In this document: one piece after another, positions 28,501 to 38,194 of the stretch
Layout of the letters: every line of letters begins with the position of its first letter
Numbering within the stretch: position 1 is the stretch's first letter
Assembly (NCBI RefSeq): GCF_021869535.1
Contig: NW_026262690.1
Coordinates: 91,326,001-91,390,000, forward strand
DNA length: 64,000 nucleotides
Direction: 5' to 3'
From: Mytilus californianus
Taxonomy: Eukaryota
Position numbers and translations under genes: made by a program
Notes under the pieces: generated by a model
The model's database searches: none
What the model saw: the letters and a program-made list of their open reading frames with translations, nothing else
Told to the model about the DNA's origin: nothing

Positions 28501-31500
28501 TTCCTTGTAGACTGATCATAAATTTAGTTTACTTTTGTGGTTTTAAAGCTTTGAACAGATTGCCAGTATACTGAATTTTTAAAATAATTTTTTAGGTTTC
28601 AAGATATAGCAGGACAGTTAGAGACAGCTCTATGTACTGGTTTAAATACAGTGAAAGGTTAGTATCAATCATTCAGGGACAATTCGCCATTTCATTATCT
28701 AAAGGACTGGGTAATTTTATTATTCATGCCCCAAATGAAAGTAATGTCACCTCATTGGTGGAACTTCCATTGTTTGAGACATTGTTATACAATCACAATG
28801 TTTTGATGTATGCTTTTGATTACCCAGAATGCATTAGATTCTGAAATGGTAAATTTGGAGTGAAATATAAAGGTGTTTTTAAAAACTCCAGAAAAAACAA
28901 ACAAACAAACAAAGATTATTGTGATTGGTAGCAACTTATAGTGTTGTGTATATAAAACAGATATGTTTTAGTTGTTCTTGAGGCTGTATTCTATAAATGT
29001 ATCATAGATTTGACAAGAACCCAACAACATCTTTCTGAGTCTAGACCTGTTGAATAAATTCAACTGAGAGGTTACCAAATATCTGCTATCAAAAGTTTTT
29101 AAAAAACTGTAGGCCAAGACAACCACTGATGAAGATCTTGACTTTGCACAGACATAATTTCAAACAATAGCATGATTTTTTCCAGTATGATTATTAAAGA
29201 TTGTCGATGGTTTTTTAAACGGTTGGCTGTTTCTCAGCTACTATCTCATCAAAGGGCAATAGCCCTGAGAAGAGATGTGGTTGAGAAACATCCTCAATAT
29301 TGAAAGACCATTGATAGATATAAGAAGATGTGGTATGAGTGCCAATGAGACAACTCTCCATCCAAGTCAAAATTTATAAAAGTAAACCATTATAGGTCAC
29401 AGTACGGTCTTCAACACGGAGCCTTGGCTCACACCGAACAGTAAGCTATAAAGGGCCCCAAAAAATTACTAGTGTAAAACCATTCAAACGGGAAAACCAA
29501 ACGGTCTAATCTATATAAAACACAGAAACACTTATGAACCACATCAACAAACGACAACTACTGAACATCAGATTCCTGACTTAAATTATATAATCTGTTT
29601 ATCGCTATTTTGCCTGTGAAGTCATTGATGTTTACATTGACAACATCACGTGTGTTTTTAGTTTCCGATGATAATTTTCCATCTCAAGCCAGTAGCATGA
29701 TATGAAAAATTATCACATAAAAGATCAAAGGAAAAAATGCACAAAATAGAGATAACATTATATATATACCTAGGTTACTGTATATATAGTCTTCATTTAT
29801 CAGATTATACTTTTAGCCTAAAAAACTGCTAAAGGCAAGTTGCTCTACCAATGTAAAAAAAAATGTCCATAGGGTGAAAAAACATTTACAGATTCTCAGA
29901 AAAAAAGTTACAGCCACTCAATAGCCTAGACTAATGTACAGGATTTCTTGTTGGATACCAAGTCATTCAAATTCTAGGGTTGTTATGGTGTATAAAGAAA
30001 AAATGTGATACGATTGCCATGAGCCAATTATCTACTAAAGATCAGAAACAGAATGAAAACAATGATGTATGCAACCTTACAACTTCAACTAACGATGAAA
30101 ACCTTAATGGCCATGGAATAACTAATTCGGAAAAAAATTCCACAATACAACAGTTATGGTGCTTTGAAGTGCTCCATATTGTTAAGATTTTAGTTTCTTT
30201 GAAATTGTTGTATTCATTGTTCAAACTATTCTTCATTCTACAGGTAATAAACATTTCCATCTTCATTCAACGGTAACATTAGAGGAATGTGTGCGGAGAT
30301 GTTGGGAGGAAGATATATACCTACAGCCTCTATGTCAGAAATTCTGGAGGCTCACATTACAGATGTTCAGTAGATATGCCACATGGATTCATGATTTATA
30401 TCAAGATGAGGTAGATATTTATCCTACAACCACCCTTTTGAGGGAGTTGGATATTTATATCTTTTATTGTGAAAACCAAACTGAAGTAACACATAGGGAT
30501 CACTTTTATTTGATCATTGTAGTATCCGTGGCAACTGTTTTATGTGCATTTATCTCTTTATCACTGGGATGAACATTTCACAATTTTTTTTCAAGGGACA
30601 AATTTATAGATTTTAATTATGATGAAAGGCACTTATTCATCCTTGAAGGTCATATACTGTGTATTCATTAATTTTCTTGGATTGAGAAAAAATTGTATTT
30701 TCGTGGATATTTGATTTCCGGGTTTTGCCAAAAGTCTGCAATCAAGTCTATAGAAAATGTGTACTACATTGAACATTTAAATGGTTCACCTACACACACA
30801 AAATTCTTTAAAATTGGTCTCCCTAGAACTATAATGAATCCACAGTAGTGAATTCTAGATTTTCATTTTTTGTTGCTATGCTCTGTTGGGAAGCTGTCTT
30901 TATTACCCAATATATCTGTTTAATATGCTGAAACAAAATTTATGCTTACAATTGCAGATTGTAAACAAGAAAAGTACAGAGGTTAAACCAAATCCAGTAA
31001 ATGAAGACAATCCTCCAGAAGGCCAACAACAGAATGATGGACCAACAGTACCAGTACAGCCTCCAATAACTAATGGACAGATACTTTGTCTAATATCTGA
31101 TGTGGAAAGTCTGTCACAGCAGGTGTTTAAATTTATGTTTACTGTCTCAGGGTTATAAGTCTCCTACCGACGAAGTCAAAGGGGACTTTAGGTTTGTACT
31201 CTGTCGGTCTGTCTGTCTGGCAAATCAGTTTTCCACACTCTTTTTCTTCAGGCTTGAAGATATTGATTTGATACTTGGTATATAGTTTTATCATGACAAG
31301 TTACAGATCAATTTCGAATTTTGTTCCGGTCTGATGATTTTATTCAGAATTATGGTCCTTGGACTTAGAAAATTCACTCAAATAATCAGTTTTCTACACT
31401 TTTTTTGGTCATGCTTGAAGATATTGATTTAATAATTGGTATATAGTTTTATCTTATCAAGTTACAGACCAAGTTCGAATTTTGTTCAAGTCTGATGATT

Positions 31501-34500
31501 TTGTGCAGAGTTATGGTCCTTGGACTTAGAAAATTCACTAAAAAAAATCAGGTTTTCACACTTTTTGTCGCCATGCTTGAAGATATTGATTTAATAATTA
31601 GTATAAAGTTTTATCTTATCAAGTTACAGATCAAATTCGAATTTTGTTCCGTCTGATGATTTTGTGCAGAGTTATGGTCCTTGGACTTAGTAAATTCACT
31701 CAAATAATCAATTTTCCAAATTTTTTTTTCATCATGCTTGAAGATATTGACTTTATATATGTTATATAGTTTACACCATGACAAGTTATAGATCAAGTTA
31801 GCATTTTGTTCCAGTACAATAAATTCTTCACCGGCAGAGGACTATGTATTGCCATGCAATACTCTCAGAAAGCTTGTTTACTAAGTCTTTGTAGATAATA
31901 TGATTAAAAAATGAAGGAAAAATTTTCTTATAGATCTAGTCATTTTTCACTCATGGCACAGTCTTGCTTTTTTTTAGCTAAAATTACTTTTTAGAAATTT
32001 TGTGTTTCACTTTCAGACACCAATCAAAACCCATATAAATACCTGTGTAATTTTGTTTATAGCAACGACTTCTATTTTTAGGTATCGGTAATTTTTGCGG
32101 ATGTACTGAAACCAAGATTGTGTGCCTTGGGAGTTGATAATGTAGATTCTTTATTAGGTAAGTTATCAAAGGTAGACAGTTGCATTTGATTTAAAATGTA
32201 AAAAAAATGGGTTTATTTCAGGGCTTCCAAAAAATATTTGAGCCAGCCGGACATTTTATATCTTATCCCGATTTTAATCCCTTTAGACTTAGTAACAAAA
32301 GGCAATTATGGTAATCAGTTGGCCATCATATAACCAATGATTGACATTAAAACGATATTTAACTTTACTTTGATATAAATTCGATGTTCTGACGTAAACT
32401 GTTAAATTGAAAGTGCAATCATTGGAAGTGTGCAACATCAGCGTTCTTATTCTGCCTTAGACTCTTTATTTGTGCAAAATAACGTTGTCAAAAACTTTAC
32501 TTTCGTTTTTAAAAAGCACATTTTCCTAATCCGGATATTGACTTGACAATGGTAAATCACGGACCGGAGACGGATACGTAAAATCCGTGTACGTTCACAA
32601 AGCATGATTGAGTTAAGTAGCTCTTTCCAAGTTATTTCTTCAAGAAATTACTCAAAATGAACGTTAGATAAATGTATCAATGATAATTTTAGCATTTTTG
32701 AAGAATTAGGATGCATAATTAAATTTCCCACCAGCGCACATGCGCACACGTGTACTAGTTCAAACAACGTGGTTCTGACGATTATTCGTTTAAAACCTTT
32801 TTAAATTTTTCGTCAAATCATATTTATTATCGTATTTCTTATAATTTCAATCTTTCAGACTAAATTAATTAGATGCAAACTGCTGAAATGTAAGAAAATA
32901 ACTTTGAATACCCTTTAGCCTACCCCAGTATTTAACACGATGTACAGTGTTTAAATAAAATAATGAATATCATACAAATTCATTTATAAATATTCTTATT
33001 TGAAGTATTATTTTAAAATCTCAGGATACTTTTTTTTAAACTGAATGCTCAGTTAAAATAATATCTACAAAGCGTAATTAAATAGGATGTTATTCCATAC
33101 ACGCTTACATGTTTGACATCATTTACCTGATCACCTTTATGTCCATTGTTATGCATCATTAATTCTATTGATTAAGACAAGCTAAGGACACCTCATCAAA
33201 GGTAACAACCTGTAATCAGTGAATGATTTATGGCTTCAATATTACTATTGAAGTGATAATTGTTTGACAGCTTGTTGTTATTTAAATAAAAGAAAACGTG
33301 TTTTTTCTACTTTGTATTGATGTACACAAGCTAAAGACCAAGCCGTACATTTATGTACCCAGAGGATTAGACTAACTGAGACACTTCAAAGTATCTGAAA
33401 TATGCTGCATCTGTTTTATTAAACCCAATTATGACCGAAATATCTTTGTGAAATAGATTGCCACAATTATAAACTAAAATGCCCAAACGGACATGCCCAA
33501 AGCCCCAAACGGACATTTTTATCGATCGATAGTTGGTAAAAATTGAAATGACCGTTTTATGAAAATGCCTTGAATAACAAAAAGTGGCAAACTAATTCTA
33601 TTTGACCGTTTGAGGCTGAGAGCAGCCGGACTTTTTATGAAAGTTTCGGTCAAGTCCGGAATATATGACCGTTTTGGAAGCCCTGGTTTATTTTGGTGGA
33701 CGAAGGCATAATAAATTCACCAGTCATCTTTTTTTGTCATTGTTCCTCTTTTAAATATTTCTTTTTGTTTTCAAGTTGCTATTTAAAAAAATATGTTATC
33801 ATGCAAAGTGTAACAGTAATTTTCATTTGTAAAGGCACGCTAACCAAAATCATCTTTTTTCAGTACTGTAGATTAAGAAAATTTTACATGCATTGATTAT
33901 TGCGATTTCAGAAAATGGTAATGCTATTAAAATTTTAAAAGCTTGTATTTTTTGGCAAATCCTAGTCCATTGCAGTGCAGTTTGCACAATGATAAAAACA
34001 TTGCAAAAAATTCTGAATTTAAAGTATATTTAGAGTCAGTGTTAAATAGATTCATTGTATAGCAGTTTCATGTAGGTTTGTCTAATTTTTTAGCTTACAT
34101 TGTATTTTTTTCAATAGGAGTAATGAATTTATTCTCTTTGTACAGTTATCTTCATTTTCATTAAAAATTCAATACTTTTGTTATATATAAAAAAAAAAAG
34201 TTAAAATAATATTGAATTACAGATAATATCAGAGAGAGTAGTGACCAGATTAAATCTGAACTCCCACAATTCCAGAGTTATATTGTACAGGATGTGTGTA
34301 GTCAGTGTGCTGTACATCTAAAACAAGTCAATGACGTTCCAAGGTTATACAGGAGAACCAATCGAGAGGTAAGATATTCCACAGTTTCAGAGTAAGATCC
34401 ACAGAACTTAGAAATTAGAATCACCAAATTTCATCAAAATTAAAGAAATACACTTCAATCAAAAAACAAAACAAAAATTGTGAAGTAAGAAAAAAACCAC

Positions 34501-37500
34501 AAGAAAAGATTTCTTAAATTTAATTTTTTTTTTCTTTACCTAGATTTAGGGCATAAAGATCTTTAAAACTAACCAAAGAGTAACAACTTTACACATACAC
34601 TATACAGTAAAACCTGTCAAAACTAAACCCTGCACAAACTGGAAAACTTGCTGAATTGAAAAAAATCTACACAAACAAAGACTATTTAAGCAATCAAAGA
34701 CTATTTAAGCAAAATATGCAACTCAAACACCTGCGGCGAATTACCTCAAACTTTTTGTGAGGTTTAAGCTTTTGCTTTGCTATTACTTTGAGATAAAGAA
34801 CAGAAAAGAAAAGCACTGTTCCTAAGCTTACAGTTTTGTCAAGGGCATTTAGGAATTTTATACCATGAATTAATTTTCAAATTTCATATTTAGTTCAGCA
34901 TTTCCCTCACTGATAACAATTCACAGAAGAAAAAACCTGGGGACCTTCAGATGAAAAATTCTTAAACTCTGAATTTTTACATTAATTATTAACGGCATTT
35001 TAACTGTACAGTATAATGGTAATGAAGTTAAAGAAAAAGTTTGATTTGGTTTTACTAATGTAAATACATTCAAATCAATTTGATGAACAATTTCAGGTAC
35101 CTAGTAAGCCTTCTCAGTACATACAGAATGTTTGTAAACCACTCACAAATCTACTGGAAGACAGTGGCAGTGTTCTAAGTGAAAGTGTCAAGAATGGTCT
35201 TTTACAGGATATATTTTCTTCACTTGCTGAACAGTATGTACTCTTTCAAGAGAAATTTTAGTTAAATAGTCCAATAAAAAAAACAACAAAATAAAAACCA
35301 CTGAAAAGAAACAGTAGTGGATAAAATAAGCAAATGGCAATCATATGAAATAACTAAGAGAAGGATTATGTATGATTTCCAGTACGACAGCTATTTATTA
35401 AAAGTATTGCGAAGTTAAACGGTCGGTTTAGTTAAATTTTTACCTAGAAGTATTGTAAACTCTATGATGTAATGAAATCCATATTACTCTGGTGAAATAA
35501 TAAAACTGTTGGTGTCCAATAATTGGCATACATTGCATGAAAGAAATCTTTTAATAAACATGTTGACAACAATTCCTGAATCATATTTTTAAACTGAATT
35601 TTAGTATATATTCACATTTTTAGATTTTGAATTTTTTTTTTTTATACTGTAAACAGGGCAATTTTTGCGGCATTTTTATTTTCACTTTTTTCGCGGTAAG
35701 AATTGAAACGCGAAAATTTCATGGAAACTCAATTCATAAGATGAAGACCATACATGTACGTATATGATATGGATATGATGTAGAGGACCACTGTATAACA
35801 GCGTTTTTACAGAGTCTGACGAAAGATCTATATCTCAAATTATAACTGTATTTCTAAATGAAAAGCAATGTAAGAAATCATGACTTTAACTCAAGCTAAT
35901 CGTATTAACATGGAAGACATCTCAAGCAAGTGGACATTACGAATATTCTTATGTAAACAACACTCGTTACAAATATGTAAATGACACCTGTCAATCATTT
36001 TTAAAAGTATTACCTCGTTGAATCTGCGACACAGATCAATCAGATCAAAAGATCGATTAATTAGCATTAATCCTGACAACATTTTATTTGAATTCACTCT
36101 TAATTAGGTCTTCTTTTCTGTTATTGTGTATGTATTTTTACAAGCAAACATGACACAACTTTTAATCTCCTTTAACATTAATGAACCGAAAACAAAAGCT
36201 TTCTGATTGATTTTATCACTTGATTTACGATACATGTAAAACTGTTCCCTTTCTAAATCATTTATGAAAATATTTTTATAGGCCACAGGAAAATTACGAA
36301 TTCAAAACTGCGCAAATTTAGGTTGTGTTAATAAATCGCGAAATAAAAACAGCGCGAAAATTTCCCGGTTTACAGTAATTGTTCCCGACTGTTTTTTAAA
36401 CTAAATTTTTTATATTTATCCTGAAATAAGGTCAAATTCTCCTCTTACAGCCTTTGAACCAAATGTCAAAAACAAAACAAGTTTTTATTCTGACACATAT
36501 TAAAACTTATAATGTTAATATTTAGATATTATTCTTCAACCTCTGATGTTCTGACTTCTGTAAAGAAAATGGAAGAAAGTTTAAAAAGACTGAAGAAGGG
36601 CAGAGGGACAGATAAGAGTGCAGGATCACAAGGGTTGACAGATGATGATAAGATAAGACAGCAAGTTGTGATAGATATAGAAAACTATGGGCAGCAGGTA
36701 TGTGAATGATTTGACCATAGACTCTCAAAAGCTCCCTGTATTGTTTTTTTTTGTAGAAATTCTTTGGTTTTTTACTGTTTACTTAATTTGAAATTGTCAT
36801 CAGTAGCAAAACTTCCAATTGTTTGATTTATGATAATTCAAGGACCTTGCAGAATGAAAAACGATATTAGAAACAAAAAACATATTCACATCATTGAATT
36901 TGCAAAAGAAAACGTGAACACTAAAAAATTTAACATCCCTAAAAAAAACAAAAAAACTAAACAGTAGACCTTTTTATTTTTGGTTTAAAATGTGACAATA
37001 CATAAAATGATAGTACTAGGAGACAGGATATATTTAAATTGTACTAATTTATGATTTTATCATATACAACTTTATAGTATGAGGTATACATTAAAGTAGT
37101 ACAAGTGAGGTACACATAAAAGTATGAGGTATACATTTAAGCAGTAGGAGTGAGGTACACACAAAAGTATGAGGTATACATTGAAGCAGTAGGAGTGAGG
37201 TACACACAAAAGTATGATGTATACATTTAAGCAGTAGGAGTGAGACGCACACAAAAGTATGAGGTATACATTTAAGTAGTACAAGTGAGGTACACACAAA
37301 AGTATGAGATATACATTTAAGCAGTACAAGTGAGGTACACACAAAAGTATGAGGTATACATTTAAGCAGTCAAGTGAGGTACACACAAAAGTATGAGATA
37401 TAAATTTAAGCAGTACAAGTGAGGTACACACAAAAGTATGAGGTATATATTTAAGCAGTACAAGTGAGGTACACACAAAAGTATGAGGTATGATAATCCG

Positions 37501-37641
37501 TTGAAACTTTTTATACTATATATATATATTTATATTTTGTAGATAACAAATTATGGTGTAGACCCAGCAGTGCTAGAACATTATCAGAAATTACTTCAGT
37601 TGTCAAGTGAAGCTAAATCAGCTATGACTACCAGTAACTAA
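7511..37641 (+). CDS. COG2: Conserved oligomeric Golgi complex subunit 2, whole gene span (18 coding exons, 2160 nt, 719 aa)
   Basis: Exons assembled by hand: 7511-7591, 10616-10777, 11879-11944, 13250-13330, 13862-13950, 14774-14879, 15262-15441, 22333-22439, 26880-27003, 27620-27759, 28596-28657, 30244-30410, 30958-31122, 32082-32157, 34223-34368, 35097-35233, 36526-36697, 37543-37641. All introns are GT-AG, phases are compatible and the joined frame is open. Recognised COG2 motifs: LCFDKDxFMK, ELINKDYADFVNLSTNLVGMDKA, GYDFLVNAVWP, W.LPVYFQIRF, VPRLYRRTN, SVKKMEESLKRLK, DDDKIR. Confidence 0.97.
9548..9705. mobile_element. Inverted fragment of the same HINE family as 266-1573
   Basis: Reverse complement of 270-430 (cctctgcggttgtatcaagctgcg...). 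Confidence 0.75.
10616..10777 (+). CDS. COG2: COG2 exon 2 (EGFDVDNFV...DYADFVNLSTNL)
   Basis: tttacag acceptor, gtaagg donor, 162 nt, phase 0/0. Confidence 0.97.
11313..11838. repeat. 36-bp minisatellite (ATGTACATTCTCTTCAAAGCAAACATTGAATTAAAT), 6+5 units, split by a Naiad 3' fragment at 11524-11653
   Basis: Direct inspection; explains the MYILFKANIELN ORFs. Confidence 0.95.
11879..11944 (+). CDS. COG2: COG2 exon 3 (VGMDKAITNLTVPLGEMKDQVM)
   Basis: tttcag acceptor, gtaagt donor. Confidence 0.96.
12806..13010. mobile_element. ~200-bp TA-target MITE; further copies at 30655-30847, 40942-41135, 42707-42922
   Basis: TACTGTGGATTCATT...AATGAATCCACAGTA termini shared by four copies. Confidence 0.8.
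13250..13330 (+). CDS. COG2: COG2 exon 4 (TVKVAMEEAV...QIREKK)
   Basis: ttgtag acceptor, gttaaa donor; aligns to COG2 AVDERMSKQEDIRKKK. Confidence 0.93.
13862..13950 (+). CDS. COG2: COG2 exon 5 (ACLQRLMNIISSVEKIEKLL...)
   Basis: tttcag acceptor, gtgagt donor, ends phase 2. Confidence 0.95.
14774..14879 (+). CDS. COG2: COG2 exon 6 (TLTGQLIERVANEFNKLQF...DKIRP)
   Basis: ttacag acceptor, gtaagt donor. Confidence 0.96.
15262..15441 (+). CDS. COG2: COG2 exon 7 (RITTIT...CLRTYALIDK...RPYMEK)
   Basis: tttcag acceptor, gtaata donor, 180 nt. Confidence 0.96.
16000..16013 (-). promoter_or_regulatory. CTCF-like motif CCGCTAGAGGGCAC
   Basis: Fits the CC(A/G)SYAGRKGGCRS consensus; motif match only. 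Confidence 0.35.
18460..18870. mobile_element. HINE family B, truncated copy
   Basis: ~145-bp core repeats; end GGGGCATCATCTGTGTCCCATGGACAC. Confidence 0.75.
18908..20866 (-). CDS. Secreted C1q domain-containing protein (C1qDC; signal peptide, short Cys-containing stalk, globular C1q, no collagen), 183 aa, nested antisense in COG2 intron 7
   Basis: Exons on - strand: 20866-20785 (MKLSYYTALLTLLLFAEMVIGSCDTKL), 20661-20608 (ECSLLGDLLEMAMKNKSP), 19323-18908 (DKDCQCP...PAFSA...FDKIVTN..NGYNPTTGIFTAPVAGVYHF...LKKGDQV...FSGYLIA*). GT-AG introns, phase 1/1, 552 nt open frame. Confidence 0.93.
20891..20919 (-). promoter_or_regulatory. Candidate TATA box plus Inr-like core promoter of the C1qDC gene
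   Basis: TATAAAAA at 20919-20912 (-) and CAGTT about 25 nt downstream, 28 nt before the ATG at 20866. An alternative TATAAATA (21155-21148) with a gtaagt donor at 21086 could mark a non-coding exon. Confidence 0.45.
22333..22439 (+). CDS. COG2: COG2 exon 8 (VITEQF...KILEFVPLHCKILRDVT)
   Basis: ttttatag acceptor, gtaata donor. Confidence 0.95.
22683..23855. mobile_element. HINE family B, full copy
   Basis: ATGCCCCC..GGGGGCAT subterminal repeat, (CGTC)-type microsatellite, ~145-bp units, perfect palindrome GTGTCCACATGTGGACAC at 23821-38. Confidence 0.82.
23933..24510. mobile_element. HINE family B, second adjacent copy
   Basis: Same ends and core units, about 80 bp after the previous copy; terminal palindrome half-deleted. 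Confidence 0.8.
26880..27003 (+). CDS. COG2: COG2 exon 9 (GYDFLVNAVWP...PGNPAVFHK)
   Basis: ttgtag acceptor, gtaaat donor. Confidence 0.96.
27620..27759 (+). CDS. COG2: COG2 exon 10 (KYNTSMDF...KWSLPVYFQIR)
   Basis: ttgcag acceptor, gtaatt donor. Confidence 0.97.
28596..28657 (+). CDS. COG2: COG2 exon 11 (FQDIAGQLETAL...)
   Basis: ttttag acceptor, gttagt donor. Confidence 0.94.
29312..29582 (-). mobile_element. Young Naiad 3'-end fragment
   Basis: Near-identical reverse complement of 56800-57077. Related fragments at 11165-11300, 13565-13690, 14237-14335, 26595-26690, 28195-28437, 45665-45790, 48205-48285, 49088-49345, 60730-61085. Confidence 0.85.
30244..30410 (+). CDS. COG2: COG2 exon 12 (RRCWEEDIYLQPLCQKFWRLTLQ...)
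   Basis: ctacag acceptor, gtagat donor. Confidence 0.95.
30958..31122 (+). CDS. COG2: COG2 exon 13 (low-complexity linker to QILCLISDVESL)
   Basis: ttgcag acceptor, gtgttt donor; phase-compatible; corresponds to the variable COG2 linker. Confidence 0.9.
31153..31879. mobile_element. HINE family C, 30 bp downstream of COG2 exon 13
   Basis: AGTCTCC..GGGGACT start, (GTCT)n, about 4 x ~143-bp units, palindrome GTATTGCCATGCAATAC. Confidence 0.78.
32082..32157 (+). CDS. COG2: COG2 exon 14 (VSVIFADVLKPRLCALG...)
   Basis: ttttag acceptor, gtaagt donor; aligns to LLEIIKPKLEMIG. Confidence 0.9.
32219..33685. mobile_element. Non-autonomous hAT DNA transposon
   Basis: Perfect 14-bp TIR CAGGGCTTCCAAAA; perfect 8-bp TSD GTTTATTT (32211-18, 33686-93); CCGGAC/GACCG subterminal motifs. 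Confidence 0.92.
34223..34368 (+). CDS. COG2: COG2 exon 15 (...VPRLYRRTNRE)
   Basis: ttacag acceptor, gtaaga donor. Confidence 0.97.
35097..35233 (+). CDS. COG2: COG2 exon 16 (VPSKPSQYI...SSLAE)
   Basis: tttcag acceptor, gtatgt donor. Confidence 0.94.
35645..36377. mobile_element. Tc1/mariner-type MITE (TA target)
   Basis: TACTGTAAAC...GTTTACAGTA termini; CGCGAAA subterminal repeats. Confidence 0.75.
36526..36697 (+). CDS. COG2: COG2 exon 17 (SDVLTSVKKMEESLKRLKK...DDDKIRQQ)
   Basis: tttag acceptor, gtatgt donor. Confidence 0.97.
37071..37490. repeat. 45-bp minisatellite, about 9 units, in the last COG2 intron
   Basis: GTACAAGTGAGGTACACACAAAAGTATGAGGTATACATTTAAGCA repeats. Confidence 0.95.
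37543..37641 (+). CDS. COG2: COG2 terminal exon 18 (ITNYGVDP...AMTTSN*)
   Basis: ttttgtag acceptor, TAA at 37639-37641; total length is close to vertebrate COG2. Confidence 0.9.
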   Translation: MTNYGVDPAVLEHYQKLLQLSSEAKSAMTTSN

Positions 37642-37900
37642 CTGTGATTATTTTTATACAGAGGGATAATATATTAAATTAATATGGAATCTGTGTTATA
37701 TTATTTTCCATTCTGATATGATGTCTTGTTTTCACTCTGTGATATATTCCTAGTAAAGATATAAGGAAACCATGTTCAATCCAAATTAATGACTGATAAA
37801 TACATTTTGTGCACAAAAATTTATAAATTTGTCAATGGTAGATTCTAATGCCACATGAATGCATATCAATATTAGTCCTTTTTCCTTGATAGACTTAAAT

Positions 37901-38185
37901 GCCCTGGTGGTCTTGTGGTACTCACCTTAGTTAGGAGGGTTTGCCTGATCAAACAAAAGACTTGAACATTGGGATTTGCTGCTTCTCCTCGAAGCATGCA
38001 GTATTTAGGAGTTAGGGCAAAGACTGTCAGCTCCGAGTCATATAATGTGTAGAGGTATAGTAACATGTCGTCCTGCCAAATGACTGCCTCAGTGGTCTTC
38101 TAGTTGCAGGTTCACCACTAGTGTTACCTTGTGAACTTGCATGTTAAAAATCTGGCTCAGCCTGTTGGTCTAGTACAAAGCAGGG
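37901..38185 (+). mobile_element. Decayed tRNA-derived bivalve SINE (Meta-domain-like); other copies at 12214-12475 (+) and 48130-48400 (-)
   Basis: Central block attgggatttgctgcttctcc...aagcatgcagtatttaggag...gcaaagact and 3' gttggtctagtacaaagc, recognised from memory as a common mollusc SINE core. Confidence 0.65.
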
Positions 38186-38194
38186 TTTATATTT

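Noticed and set aside
32734-32745. NRF1-like GCGCACATGCGC
   Set aside because: Imperfect match inside a hAT element in an intron; no promoter context.
37072-37476. Cys/Leu-rich repetitive ORFs on the - strand
   Set aside because: Translation of the 45-bp minisatellite.
7592-37542. Search for minor (U12) or non-canonical introns in COG2
   Set aside because: All 17 introns have ordinary GT-AG ends without the U12 donor consensus.
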